From contig JAMWBK010000007.1 of the NCBI GenBank assembly GCA_029953675.1, positions 558,001-622,000 of the forward strand: 64,000 nt of DNA, in the 5' to 3' direction. Source of the DNA: Rhodosorus marinus CCMP1338. Lineage: Eukaryota > Plantae > Rhodophyta. The notes beneath the pieces are model-generated. The model worked only from the letters and a program-made list of their open reading frames with translations, made no database searches and was not told where the DNA came from. Shown in pieces: positions 25,636 to 38,776 of this stretch (positions are counted from its first letter, which is position 1; every line of letters starts with the position of its first letter). A program made the position numbers and the translations under genes.

Positions 25636-26824
25636 TCAGAGGTTGCGAAGTCTAGCTTGTAGATCGTCGTCATTTGGAGCTGTTCCTGGATTATAAGGCG
25701 CCGGCTGACTGTATTGACCGGCAAACTCGTTTCCGGGAGCTTGTCCAGGTACGGTCGCGCCTGGCAAATTGTAAGCGGGGTATCCACCAGGGACACCACT
25801 CGGATCACCAGGGATTGTTGCACCCCCAAATCCGCCGTCCATATTGTTCCCTGCACCGCCGGGAATGTCCATTGTCGTGAAGGTCGCCTGCGGCTGTTGC
25901 TGGTTGTGTCTGTGATCCAGGATAGACTTGGATCGAAGCATTTCGTACTCCGGGGGCGGGTTCCACTGTACATCAAACCGCTTGGCGATGTCCTCGAGCC
26001 TACTGAGAACGAGATATCCTTCGGGAATGCTTATCGACAACTTGCGCATCAGTGAAGCATTAATATTCGGTGCGAATGGGCCCTCCCCACGGACAATCAA
26101 GTCCATGTTTTCTGCGCCATACTTGGCCCTCATCATGTTCGTGATATTTCCAAGCTCCTCGACCTGCACCCTACCGGAGGCAAAAGCCAGTGAGCACACG
26201 GCTTCTCGCAACTCGATTGGCATACGACTGCAAACAGAAGAACAAACAAGGGCAAACTGGGTAAGATTGTAGCCAGCTGAAAAGAAGCAACCTTAGGCTG
26301 GTGTTGGCATGGTGTCGTACTCGATAGGTTCAGGTGTCCCAGTGAATAGTGTATGCCTAGAAAGCAACAGGTCACATTGAACTGAAAGAATCTCCATGCT
26401 CTCGACCATGAGCAAGTCACGGATCGCCTAATCAATGTCACAGAGAGCTCAACGTTCAGTTCACTATCACAGACCAACTTGGAAAACCTTATCTCACCTG
26501 TTCCGCCTTCGTCTGCGCGATATTATCCTGGCTCCGGCTCAGGCACATGGCCGCCTCCCGCTCTGTTTTGTCGGCGTTACTCTGATACTTGTTTTTCTGC
26601 AGCGCCAATCTGCCTTTGGCGCACTTCAGTTGTACCTTCCTAACATAGCAGAACGCAAAAACAACCGACGTCAACAAGCGCATCAAAGCCCACTAGCCAA
26701 GGCAAACTTTCAACGGCTAAACCTACAATTGGCTGAAATCAACATTCGCCGGGGGTGCAGCCGCCTGTTCCGCAGCCGCCGCAGCCGCAGCCTGCTTCTG
26801 ATTCTTCTTCTTAAACAATCCCAT
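25636..26824 (-). CDS. IST1: ESCRT-III-associated protein IST1, multi-exon
   Basis: Spliced N-terminus MGLFKKK...FSQL|KVQLKCAKGRLALQKNK...IAQTKAEQV; ELREAVCSLAFASGRVQVEEL..ITNMMRAKYG; LMRKLSISIP; C-terminal MIM-like DDDLQARLRNL*. Confidence 0.9.
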
Positions 26825-29003
26825 CTTCTCCCGAAACAAAATGTCTCCCACTTACCTTCTCCGTACCAAACATCCACTGCCTTCCCACCACTACGATCTT
26901 CACAACCTCTCGCTACCAAAACGGGCACTTTCACAAAATGCCGGAAACCTGTCCCCCCGCTTACTACGATACATATAAGTACCCTTTTACCCCACCCACA
27001 ACTTCCCCAACTCTTAACTACAGTAGTTCTACATCTCCATCGATGCAAACAGATACCAAACAGACCCCCTCCCAAAACGCACTCAATAAAATTCAGTCAG
27101 AGTATTTATATCTCTTCTCAAAAAACTAGAACAAAAGCAGTTCATTCCTAATCCTCAATTCTGGCAGCCAGCCAGCTGATCTTCTATGGATTGAATTCGT
27201 ATTAAAAATATGGGAAAACAAAATAACTTACATTAAACCCCTTCCATCAGAACCCCTGGATTGAATTTGAATGGAGTTTTTCAAGTGGCATGCTATACTC
27301 ACATTTCTTCCTCTTCACCGCCCCCCCCAACCACATTCCGACCCCCCCTACTACCTTCCAGGCCTCGGCGTTGCTTCGTTTTATGGTACCCCTACAGAGT
27401 TTTCCTCCTGCTCACAATACTGCCAAAAAAAATTCCATACATGTTTCACGGAAATGGAATTCAGGGGTGAATCCTGTATATCATTTTTGTTTGTTTTGTG
27501 GACTCTTCCAGGAGGGGTGGCGGTATTTTTTTTTGTTGTTCTTTAGCAGCTGATCCTAGTAGGATAATTACGTTAAGAGGTAACCAAAGCAGCATTGATT
27601 GCTTCCAATAAAATTGATTGAATCTAAGCGTTCCATGTCCGCTATGCGTACAGATTAGTACATAGTTCATGCCCCCTGCAAAAGAACAAACCGACGGCGT
27701 AAATAAAGATATTCTAAATTAGGAGCTACTTATTCATAATTAAATATCAATCAATTCTAAAAACTTTGATTTTCAGCGCTTATGGACGGAGCTTCCGAAG
27801 TTTGGTTTCTGAAACCATCAGAATAAGATGAATACATTTCTAGATCTCGCTAGGTGCGTACAGAACAGAAATTTCCGCGCTCAAAAATTTCACGATAATT
27901 GTTTTTTGGAAATTATGAATCGCAAAAGAATATGATGGGTACCTGTAAGAAAAAGCAAAAAAGGAGTTGGGGACCCAACGGCCAGAGTCAGTGAAGACGT
28001 GCAGATCGATGCAGTAAGCTTCCGAGTTCAGTCGCTTGTGTCCGAGTAGTTTTGGATGTTCCGTTATAGGGACAGCCACAAAATTAACACGAACGGGCAC
28101 TGGACCCCAATAAGAAGGTGGTGCCCATCAGAGGTCCTTGCAACCATCTGTCCTGAACACAGTGAACAACACTTCGATGTAGCACACTACCGTTGCCTCA
28201 GGTGGGCATGTGCAAACTTCTCTGTCACCATGGAGCTCGAGCTCGAAGCCTTCCAGTCTTGCACTGTCCCGTGGCAAATCTCTGGGTTGGATCAGGGCAG
28301 CTGCAGGGCAAGCTTTTCAGATCAGGCAAGCGATCCATGACCAATACGGCTAGCATGTCGCGCTGCTGGGATACTATCCTTGCCCAAGTTTGTTAGTTCC
28401 AACAAGAAACTAAGTATTCCTTCAGGTACAACCTCAGTAGTACCTCCTCGCGAGTTGAACAACCTACAGAACCGAACACCCCCCCTTCCCGAAAAGCTAA
28501 CGGATAGCACGTGCGAACAATTTTAGGCAGAAAACAAAATATTTAGATATTCGTTTCGTAAGAGGGGTTGGAAGGGGTAGTTGTCCACGGCCATCCGTCG
28601 GCCTAAGCGTTGACATCGAGTTCGTTCGAAGCTCGTGGTGAGTACGTGACCAACAATTCAATGTTTTTCCAGAAGCCAAGAAACTATAACCGCTTCTTGG
28701 TGGTCCCGCAGAGCACACTCTGTGTCCACTTCAGCCGCAACCCCTCTGGCACTTGATTGATCGACGGATTGGCCCTGGAATAAGATCTCGATGGACGCGT
28801 GGTCGAGTTGGTGAGATCTCAGAAGCGTAAGATAGTGGGCAGTGCCGAGCGAGATTCTTGAGGAGGGGCAGTGACTAGTATCCGGGACTTGGACTTTGTG
28901 ATATTGAGTGATCGATCATTGTGTGTTCGAATTGGAAGTTGCTGAAGCGAGAGAGAGAGGGAGCTGAATTGGAAGTGGTTCGTTTTGGGTTGTTTGGAGG
29001 ACG

Positions 29004-29957
29004 ATGGCGTTTTTGAGTCTTGGAGTTGGAAAGGGTGCGTGTGGGGTTAGGAGGACTGGACCTGCAGTTCGTACTGCACGCCCGAGGTTTGTGGTCGCTA
29101 CTGCTGCTGCTAAGGATGATGTTATGCAGCTCCTCACGTCGGAGGATAAAGTTGACCGGTTGAAGGTAGGCTTGGGTACCTAGGGTCCGGGGCAGCTTGG
29201 CCTGTCTCCTACGTGTGTGATTGAATCTGAATCAAGTCTCTTTTTTTGCTCACAGGGAGTTAATATGGCGCGAGAACTGGATCCAGCGGAGGGTTTGAAT
29301 CTGTTGTCCATGGCGGCCATGGTGAGAGCCATCTAGTCAGCCTCTACTGGTTCGGCACTTCGCGAGACGAGCTTTGAATTAACATGATGGTACTTCGCCA
29401 ATTTCTCGTAGGACCCAGACATGAACGTTAGATACGCGACGGTTTCTCAACTCTCCGTCGCTGGCCTCGCCGACCCGGAGAAGACGCTTGAGCTTCTGCG
29501 CGACCTGGTTCCCAAGGAGACAGACATGTCAGTGAAAGCCGCTGCCGCGGACGCTATGTGCGCGATTGGCCTTCCGGAAGTGAGCGGAGCGTACAAGCCT
29601 CAAGCTTTTCGCCCGGTTGAAAATTGATTAAGTAGTGCTTGTGCGAACTGGTTCTCTTTTGTACAGGCATTTGACGACGTGGAGGCAATTTATCACGAAA
29701 CCAAGGATTCCTTAGTGAAGTTCAGTATTGCAGCTGGTCTAGGCGAACTGGGCAACGTGAAAGCCTTTGACTTACTGAAAGCGATTCTCGAAGATGAGGC
29801 TTCAGATGATCTACTGAAGGTCGCTGCGCTTGGTTCTCTTGGAGAGCTGAAGGCCCCAGGCACAGCGGAGCTCATTGAGCCTTTCCTTGAAGCAGAGGAT
29901 GCATCCGTCAAGGCGAGGGCGGAGGATACGATGAGCATGCTGAAGTCAGGAGAGTAA
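29004..29957 (+). CDS. nblB: Plastid-targeted NblB-like HEAT-repeat (CpcE/F lyase family) phycobilisome degradation protein, 4 exons
   Basis: Transit peptide MAFLSLGVG. Introns 29166-29255, 29322-29411 and 29580-29666 give LLTSEDKVDRLK|GVNMARELDP...|DPDMNVRYATVSQL...VKAAAADAMCAIGLPE|AFDDVEAIYHE...LVKFSIAAGLGELGNVKAF, matching the cyanobacterial NblB pattern as I recall it. Confidence 0.87.
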
Positions 29958-30061
29958 ATATTTCGCTTCGTGCTCGATGAAAGCTTGTAGAACAGAAGTA
30001 TTAGTTCTCCTGTTGGTGTAGAACAGGTCAAAATTGGCGGAGGGAACGTAATCGGACCCTC

Positions 30062-31555
30062 CTATCTTGCCGACGAGCCCAAGGAGCCTGAGATCGCTTC
30101 AACACCAGCGCCTAGCAAAGACAGGAACGTGAGGGCTGGCACCCATGAAAAGCCCTCGCTACGGCGTGAGCACTCTGTGGCGTTGGTGTTGACCATCTCT
30201 TTGGAAGGGACATAAACCCATACAACTTGGACCACTGTTTGGGGCTTCATGCTTTCTCCAAAAACGAGTGGGCGGGAAGCTTCCGACCGCGAGCACGCGA
30301 GGGTTCCGCCCTGCTGGGATTGTTCGTATTCTGAATCAGGCATCTCAGACCCGCGTCCATGAACACAGGCACCCGGAACGCGATCGTGTAGCTTAGAAGG
30401 GCTAGACTCTGGTCTTCGAACCGGATAGATCGTCTTGAGTAGTGAAGTCTGGTGGCAGCTAATGCCCACAGGTGAGAGACAGTGTTCAGTCTTATGTCCC
30501 AACCGTGTTTACACGGAGATCCCTCCGACCCTGCCAGCCTGAGGGCTTTGCCTACTTCGTTCTCCTTGAAATGTTTGCAGAAGAGTCAAGCCACGCGTGG
30601 TCAAAATCAGAATTGCTGGAAACGCCCCGTGACAGCGTCCCAGTCCATTGTACTTTGCCCTAGTCTTGCACGCGGAGGAATGCGTATGAGCAGCGCACTA
30701 GTAAAGTGCTTGGAATGGTGGCTCTGTGCGATCCTCGTTCATTTACTCTGAAGGGGAATCAGGCATACCACCATCCAGGACACACTTCCATCGGCAAACC
30801 TTCACGCTGAGCTTTCGTCTCCAGACAGCAGCCGACTCCACCGGGTGGGCTTTGGCTTTCTGCCAGTCGCGTTAGGTGGTCGACATGTGCTTCTTCATGT
30901 GCTCTGCACCGGGGAGAACCAGACAGACCACCAGTCAAAAGGACGGCCCTCCCCGTCGATGATTGTCTGGACAGAAATTTTGGTCCGACTTGAACGGGTT
31001 TTAACTTTCAACCAGTCAGGAAGATACTTGGGTGACCGTTATCTGATTCTCCTTTACGTACTCTGCTGTAGCAGACCGATCAGTCAAAGGATTCTCCTCC
31101 CCGTTGACGATCGTTTCGATTGCGAATTTGTTTACCAGCTGGAGTGAGGAGCGCAGCTAGCCGTCGTACGCGGAAGGGCGGATTTTTAAGCTGATGACAA
31201 GGGACGTGGAGATGTACAGCTTTGGCCTCTATGATTTGCTTTCACGTACTCTACAGACTAATCAGACAGACTACCAGTCAACAACATGGTCGCACACTCT
31301 ACATCGATACAAATTCCGAACGTTGGTTTGCTTAGAAAGAGCAAACCAACATTCGAGCGCTTGCGAACATTCGCTGCTGTGGGTGGGTGGGGAAGGGAGC
31401 TGGTTAAATAGCTGATGACGAGGGATGTGGTGATGGTGGGACAGGACTTGAGCGACCCCCCTCTTTTTATTTTGCCCTTTGGCGTTGAAATCTTTTGGTT
31501 TTGGGAGGTTGGGTATAAGAGCATTTTGCTTTGAGAGCAATTGCTCTTTTTGCAT
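30062..31555 (-). other. Possible uncharacterised spliced gene or pseudogene
   Basis: Several protein-like open stretches on the minus strand (31271-31555, about 30800-30960, 30062-30502 ending in a hydrophobic tail). I could not assemble a consistent exon chain or recognise a family. Confidence 0.3.
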
Positions 31556-31627
31556 TTTGTAATTCGGAAATTAGGTAGACTACTTTGGTAGGCCTTCTTA
31601 GTGTAGTTCGGAAATTGGAGTTCAATT

Positions 31628-32599
31628 ATGGCTGATCTGAATGCCTTGTTCTCTAAGAAGAAGAAGAAGGCTGGTCAGAAGGGAGGTATATCGGCAAGTG
31701 GTACTGATTCTAATGATACTGTAGATTCAGGGAAGGGCTTGAGTCGAACTGGGGATGCGGCTTCAAAGAAGGATGGATGGATCGAGTATGAGGAGACAAA
31801 GCATGCTCAGGTTCATACGGGCGGACAGCATATCGTTCAGTTGAAGAGGTAAGGCGTCATTCCGCGTGACATAGTGAGAGGATCGCAAAGTATTAAGTTG
31901 ATAACACCTCGGGAGCCTGTTGTGTAGGGATGAATCAGATAATCCTGATGGCGCCGGAGACCGTGAAAATGGTGGTGAGAAGTTCTCGGGGTGGGGTAAA
32001 ACTTCTTCGAATGCTGAAGAAGCCGAGGAGGAGATAGAGAAACCCGCAGGTACGGTTTGGGTGTTTTTAGCCGAAGGGTTTATGGTCGAGCGTGGATCTG
32101 GCTTTCATGCTGACGCTCAGCCTTGTTCGCCCCTGCCTTTGTAGCTCCAGCAGTTGAGTTTCCATCGCTGGCGGACGCCCGTAGTGCGCCATCGAAGCCC
32201 GCCGTTCAGACGAGAAAATCAAAGCTTGAGCCCCGGTCAAGGCCAAACTTCTCGGCACTAGCTCAAGCTCTTGGTGGGGTTTCTACGTTGAGCGTGGATA
32301 GTAAGCCGGATCCACCGAAACCTGTGGAAGCGGTGGAGGCTGAGGCACAAGCAGAAGCTGAAGACAACGAGAAGTCAGTTTGGAAACCAAACAGGGCGGG
32401 TGGGTCAACTCCAGCCGCACCCACGACTGGCACGGGACAGGCGGAAGCCAAGACTGGAACACAACCATGGCGCGCTAGTGGTAAATCCTATGGAGATTCC
32501 GCTGCGAAACCGGGAGAAATGCCTCCTGCGTCTGGTGCGAAAGCCACAGATCAGCCCGAGAAAGCAGTTTGGAAGCCAAGCTGGATGAAGAACACTTGA
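31628..32599 (+). CDS. CDV3-like low-complexity protein, 3 exons
   Basis: MADLNALFSKKKKK, DGWIEYEE, FSGWGK and EFPSL motifs appear in the order seen in the CDV3 family. GT-AG introns at about 31849-31929 and 32050-32144. Confidence 0.55.
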
Positions 32600-33174
32600 G
32601 CCAAAAAGATCGACATGAGCTTCGCCAAACACCGATCGCCGGCTTCGGCAAAAACTAAAACGACGCAAGAAGAGGAAGAAGAGGAACATGCAAAAACCCA
32701 CAGACGAAAGGAAAGGAATGGCGCTGAGCAATACCAGACCAATCGTGAAGATATGATTCTGTATGGGAACGTAAAGCATGAGGAGACTCCAGACAGGATT
32801 TGGCGAAGTTGATGAAATCTCTTCTTTTTTTTTTTGGTAACTGCTTTCCAGGTCGAATTTTCGAGAAACTGAATCTAGAAAACATAAAACCAAACACACG
32901 AAAAGCGCGCACAGGTCTCCCTCCAGCCACGTCAAGACTGAGCGTCATGACTGAGTTGGTCATTTCGCACTTCCAACTTGACCGAAGAAAGTCGCAGTTG
33001 GGTTCACAAAAAGCTTCCCCATTAACAACAAAGTAGCTTTCAATTAATACAGAGGCCAGAGATTGGTCCTTTATCGTGGTTTGCAATAGTAAGAGGGTCA
33101 CGTCTTAGTCCCCTTTAAAAGCCTGCTGATCTTTTCTCTCCCTCTTCCGTGCAGAATGGTTGTTTTAGAGCTTG

Positions 33175-33794
33175 CTAGTTCCTGGTCGTATACTGTCTGC
33201 TGTCTGGAGCGTAGATTCGCATGAAACTATCCACTTCCGTCTCTTCCCCTCCGTTTGGCTTCAGTGTCGCACCATTCAATATGAAAGTCCATACGTTGTC
33301 GCAGTTTCTGTATATGTGAAGTTGTCCCTGTTTGCCACAATCATAAAACTTGTTAAGGAGTTTGCAGGCTTCTGTGCTTTGTCCTTCGTAGGTTTCTCGA
33401 GATGCACAACTCTTGAAGGAAAAAAAGAGAAGCAAGCGTAGCTACTTCGAATCTAGCCTCGTGGACCCAAATTAACGACTGTGCTCGCATCGCTTGGTAG
33501 CGTCTTACCTTGAGCTGTGCCTTTGACGAAACATGATTGGAAAGCGCGGTTGAGAATGCCTAAAAAACCTCCGACAAAACCATCATCACAAGAACCATTC
33601 TCTATTAGCATTGAATCAAATCAAGTATCTGAAAAGCTCAACGAGTTAACAAAGTAAAAACCCACCCTATCAAATTGCAGCCGAACAGTCTCAGCTTGTC
33701 CCTCGCTCAAATCCCCACTCGAAAGAAGCTCCTCCAACGACTCCTCCAACATCAACCCAACTTGGGAGTTACGATAGTGCGTAAAAAACTCCAT
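33175..33794 (-). CDS. TOA2: Transcription initiation factor TFIIA gamma subunit, 3 exons
   Basis: MEFFTHYRNSQVGLMLEESLEELL...LQFDR|AFSTALSNHVSSKAQLK|GQLHIYRNCDNVWTFIL. Confidence 0.93.
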
Positions 33795-35445
33795 AATTTC
33801 ACCCCCCAAAACACGCACTTCCAGATCCAACAAACCCCACCCGCCCTCCACCGACGACTTTCCCAACAGTCCCCGCCTCCAAACCTCCCCGACCAAACAA
33901 TCTCTTGGTAGATTTTTTATATACTCTCACGCCGCAACTCCTGTTGTGAACTGCACCAACAATCGACAATTCTCTTCAAGAACTTCTCGCTGTTTCAGTG
34001 GCTCCTCTATGAAAGGCTTGAAGTTTAGGCTTCTTCTTTTTCTGGGAAACTAGCCCCAACCACCCCCGCGTCCTCCACGTCAGGACCGTTTTCAGTGATC
34101 GTTTGGCATTCTCTCCATTGTAAAGCTGTTTTTCCTCTTCATGTAAGTCACCACCTCCATCATCAAAAAAAGCGTAACAAATCCCGAAGAATTCGTCACA
34201 TCGAAAAGAAAAACGACAGACTGATCCTAAAAATCCTAATTTTGCCCGCTTTGCTGAGATACATTTCCAATGAATTTACCCCTCATTGTAAGAACCTTCG
34301 AACATATTTCAAAACAGAATAGCTCAAAAATCGGCTTCGAGTGTTGAGCTGAGATGTTTGGGGGGTTTGGGAACGTCCCTAGTGCTTTTTTTGGGTTGCT
34401 GTTAAGATATTTGTATTGTGCGTATGTTACGCATGTTAGATTTGGGTGAACAGAGGAAAGAGCCGAGGAAAACGGGGATGTTCCTCAGGCCTTGAAACAG
34501 TTTGCCGCATTTTGTGAACGTGAAAGAGTTATCTTTTATGATCTCTCTCAGAATTTAACATAGGAGAACGTGATGATCGTGATAAAACTCTGATTCTTCG
34601 AGGGTCTCCGCCCACTTCCCCAGAAAGGGCCTCGCCACCCCCCGGCAAAGGCCCACAAAACGACGAGCAAGGCAGATTGAAACAAGGAGGAGGAAGAAGG
34701 GGATGAGGACGCCCTCAGCCACCGCCACCCCACCATATCGTTATTCAATCGCATCCGGTTGGATTTCTCTATCCATCTACTCTTTACGAGCTCCTGCTTC
34801 CTCAACAACAAGCCACCAAGGCGATTGTTGAGGCGAAGTCCTTACTAAGGGTTATTAAACGCAACCCCAGCCGTAACCCCGTGTCCAAAACTAGAAATAT
34901 TCATGAAATACGTCACTTATTCTAAATAAAGATAGTTTTCTCCTTTTTATTTCATAAAATATACTTTGTGAGGAATACAAGTCTATATTTGAGAGATTTG
35001 GAGAGCATATCTTCATAAACCTGTCCTGAAGCTTCAAAATAATGGCACCCCTCTCCTATTTATTTTAACCAGACAGCCATGTTTGAGGACGTGTGTTCTA
35101 TATATGGACTCATCCTCGTTGATCAACGAAAACCGAATTTGGACCAAATGCTTCATAAACTATGCATATTCTACTCTAAAGAAAGATATTAGCCCGTATT
35201 TATTTAAATAAACATACTTTTGGGGAGCATATATCTATATTTAGAATTTTCTTGGTATGACGAGGAGACTTGGGGTTGGGGGGAGTAGAGCCTGGGCTGC
35301 AAGAGAGCCTTGTAGGACACGGAGGGATTGACATGATGCGGAGGGCATTTCTATGGTTAGTTGTACTATACTGATGTATAGTTAGGTAGTCCTCTAGGTT
35401 GAACACCTGAGAACTAGGTGTGAAGTGAGCGGAGGTTTGGTGGGG

Positions 35446-37723
35446 ATGGATGGGGGTGAAGGTATTGGACAAGCTTTTGATGGGCATCTCGTTGGGCATG
35501 TTGTTGTTGTTGGATTTCATGCGCAGCTGGGGAGTCAGATTGAGTTTTCGTATCCCAGCCTCCGGGGTTCCCCGGAGCTGCGTACGCCGGGGTTGAGCGA
35601 CTCTCAGGATGTCGCAGGGGAAGCCGTGGGGAGAAGGACGACCTACGCCAGTCAGCCTAGTGGAGATTGGGGACAGCTTCCCGAGGAGTGGTCGTTTCTA
35701 CCTCATTTGGCGCTCCCCGATGGAGCTCACGAGTCCGAGTATGACACAGTGTACTTCTGCTTGCCGAGAGACATTCACTGTGTCGCCTGTTTCAGACAGA
35801 CCAACGCGAGGGAAGCAATGACCATCGACGCGGGAGGAGGAGGTGAAGAGGATGAACGTATTGCTTCTAGAGGAAGCGTGCAAAAGTCCGTTGTTCTCAT
35901 GTGCAAGAGGCCAATCTACGGCATCCTTGGCGAGCGCCTCAGCGGCGTAGTGCGGGCCTACTTTGACCAGGGGGATTTCGCGCGTACGGACGTACTCGCA
36001 GATCTATTCCACTCAGTCAATAAGTCGCTCTCGAAGCCATATTGGAACAATTTCTCCGTCTTGGTACATGGACTCGACCTAAGAACGCTCGTGCTTACTC
36101 TCAAAGGGGATCTCCTGCGAGTCTTGAAGCTCACTCTTCTGGAGAAACGCGTCGTTCTCGTTTCGCAACCTGTACGGGCAGCTTGTAACGCCGTTGCCTG
36201 CTTGGCTTCAGTATTCCCGGCTGCTTTCGATCGTATGTCACCAAACGAGGAAGCGCTAGACTCCAATATGGAAGATCAAGCACTTGGGTTGCCATTGGAA
36301 ATCCTTTCGGAGAGAGACAACGTCATATTTCAACCATACGCCCACCTTCCGGTGATCAACAATCTACTGCTGGAGAGCTCCAAAGGCTGTGTTCTTGGAA
36401 CCTCGAGAAACTGCGGCGTTTTTCTGAAGACAGCGATGGCGAGTAACGACCATGCCAATCTTCCTACATGTGACGCGATTGTGGACGTTCAGACGGGTCA
36501 GACAACAATTCGGGAAGAGGTGGTCCACCTTTGTGCTCTGACTAAACAGGAATCCTTGTTCGTGGAGGATTTAGCTTACGCTGCGGGCGGTGCCGGTCGA
36601 GAAAACGAATCACCTGGAACGATCCAGTATGTGAGCTCCGATGATAACCTGCGGGAAAGACTTCGCGACTATTTGAGAAGACTTTTGAGATCAACAGCCT
36701 GCATAAACGGCGTACTGCAGAAGTCTGGGCCTATGGGTACGGACACTAGCGCCGCAACAACTACAGCGGCACAGGTTACTCCCGGTTCAAAGGTCGATTG
36801 GAGTCCCGTGGAGGCATACAACACGCTGTTCGTAAAAATGTGGGCTCTAACGACGATGAATGGGTGTCAATGGGCAGCCAAATGTGAACCGGAAGTGAAG
36901 AAGGTACATTCAATTCATCTTCTCTGTCTTTTGCTTGGCCCTCTGCAGTAGCTATCCATCCGTTAGAGGACTCCGATTGGATCGTTAAGCTGAATTTTTC
37001 CTTTCTCCTGGTCGTCTGTGAAAGGCCCAACCCCCACCGAGTCCAGTGGTGCTTAGAAGCTCCCAAAATTTCAACAACAACTTCGGCTTAACGAGTGTGT
37101 GGAGCTGGTGGACTGAGGAACCCCGGAACACCACATCCGCGACCTCCCAAAGCGCCGTTGAGAGAATGTCAGCGGCGTCCGCGAGAGCGGTAGAAGGCAT
37201 GTCTGATCTTATTCATAAGATTGAAAGCGAGCTCAAAAGTATCGAGACTGTTATCAGAGAGAAAGGTAGGTCTACTGGTCAAACCCCTCACGGGGTAGGG
37301 GGTAGGGGGTAGGGGGGGGGACCTCTGGCCAATGGTGTGTTGTGAGAACGATTTTCTAAGTCAGAGGTATGTCGTCTTGGAGTGACAGTTGAGGAAGGGA
37401 AGAAGACCATCAGCGCACAGGGTGCTCCGGACCTTGACAACAAGCTTGAGGCGAGGGTGAACAGCGATAGTGGTGATATTACGAACATGAAAACACCTCA
37501 AGCTCGGGTTTTGAAGCCGACCAGAGAAGCCACGGAGAGCTTGTCTCCAGTACCATTGTTCAGAGGAGGAGACTTGTGATCCGATCCGCGTACGGGTAGC
37601 TTGTTTGCAAAAAAGCATTCGCCGGCCATGGAGCGCGGAGGCTGCGGTGAGGGAGGGGTCGTTCTTCCTCTGACACTACTGACTGAGGCGCTGGCGAAGA
37701 TCTCCATAAGCGAGGCAGTTTAG
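35446..37723 (+). CDS. AVL9: AVL9-like (DENN-related) late secretory pathway protein
   Basis: VVVVGFHAQLGSQIEF, WSFLPHLALPDGAHE, VACFRQ, RGSVQKSVV and LLEKRVV motifs. The last exons are inferred (stop either at 37579 or 37723). Confidence 0.88.
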
Positions 37724-37799
37724 GTTCTTCTCTCGCTTTAGAATAGTGTTTTCCTGCTCACAATGCGTGCGGCCGAATAGTTGAAGATGTATATGATAT

Positions 37800-38715
37800 C
37801 TAATGGATTTGACTTAAACGAGCTCCGAGATCGTTGAACATATAGTTGAGGACGTGTTGACGTTGGGTGTCCTGCGTAAGGTCAGATGCTTCTCCGAAAG
37901 CATCCTGTTCTGGAAGAACAGGCGATCCTGAGTTCACGAACAGGCGTTGGTTTGTTTGTTTTTGGTTCCAAGTTCGCGGGCGCTTACCAGACCGGAACGG
38001 GCATCAGCTTACCTCGTGTTGATTGCCAGAGCTCTATGCGCTTCATGGAAACCTCTGGATGAACACCGGACAGCACGACGACTCCATTTTCGACTCGAAT
38101 TCGAACGACGGCTGCAACGCGGTCGTGGATTCCTTGTCTTTGGAGGACGGGGTCGGAATAGGAAGCCAGTACTTCAACGTTGTCAACACGGGGGTCATTA
38201 TCGTCCGTAAGAAACGCGCATCCACCGTCAGAATAGAGAACGGTCTCAAGATTCTCTGAGCCGTGCTCCAGACCAGCCACCCTGATCTTCACGAGCGCTG
38301 CACCAAAAGTGGAGTTGTACCTGTACGGACGTACTATCGACCCACGAGCTGTTCCCGGGAAGAAGTTGAGCGGCCTAGACTCAACGATTTCATTCTCAGT
38401 ACCAGGTTCGAAAACTATGTTCTTCGAGGCAAAGTAGGCGCCAGCGCAGAATCCGTAATACAAACCACCGTTCTGAACAAAGCTCCGAACCGAATCAGTT
38501 CCTACAGTTGATAAATCCTCACAGTATGGGCGGTCACGTCCACCAGGAACGACCAAGGCCAGGCACGAATCCTCCCATCCACCCGCTCGAATCTCTGCAG
38601 CGGACGTCCTTCGAACTTTAACGCCGGGAAAACATCCCTGGATGGATTCAACCGCCGCTTCAAGATACTCGAGCGACACTCCTTGATCCCCATAGACCAA
38701 AACGGAATTCGTCAT
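37800..38715 (-). CDS. Stand-alone biotin-protein-ligase N-terminal (BPL_N, GATase1-like) domain protein
   Basis: VLVYGDQGVS, LVVPGGRDRPY, FVQNGGLYYGFCAGAYF, RPLNFFPG and VVLSGVHPE. One intron near 37920-38005 gives a short C-terminus ending LGARLSQIH*. No BirA catalytic domain follows. Confidence 0.88.
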
Positions 38716-38776
38716 CGATCTTCGACAGATCTTGTTGTGCTTTCATGTCTAAACCGCAGACGATGCACCACGTACT

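Noticed and set aside
34433-34706. Possible 52-codon two-exon micro-ORF (MLDLG|ERDDRDKTLILRGSPP...)
   Set aside because: The GT-AG pair is plausible, but the peptide is low-complexity with no recognisable homology; it cannot be separated from chance.
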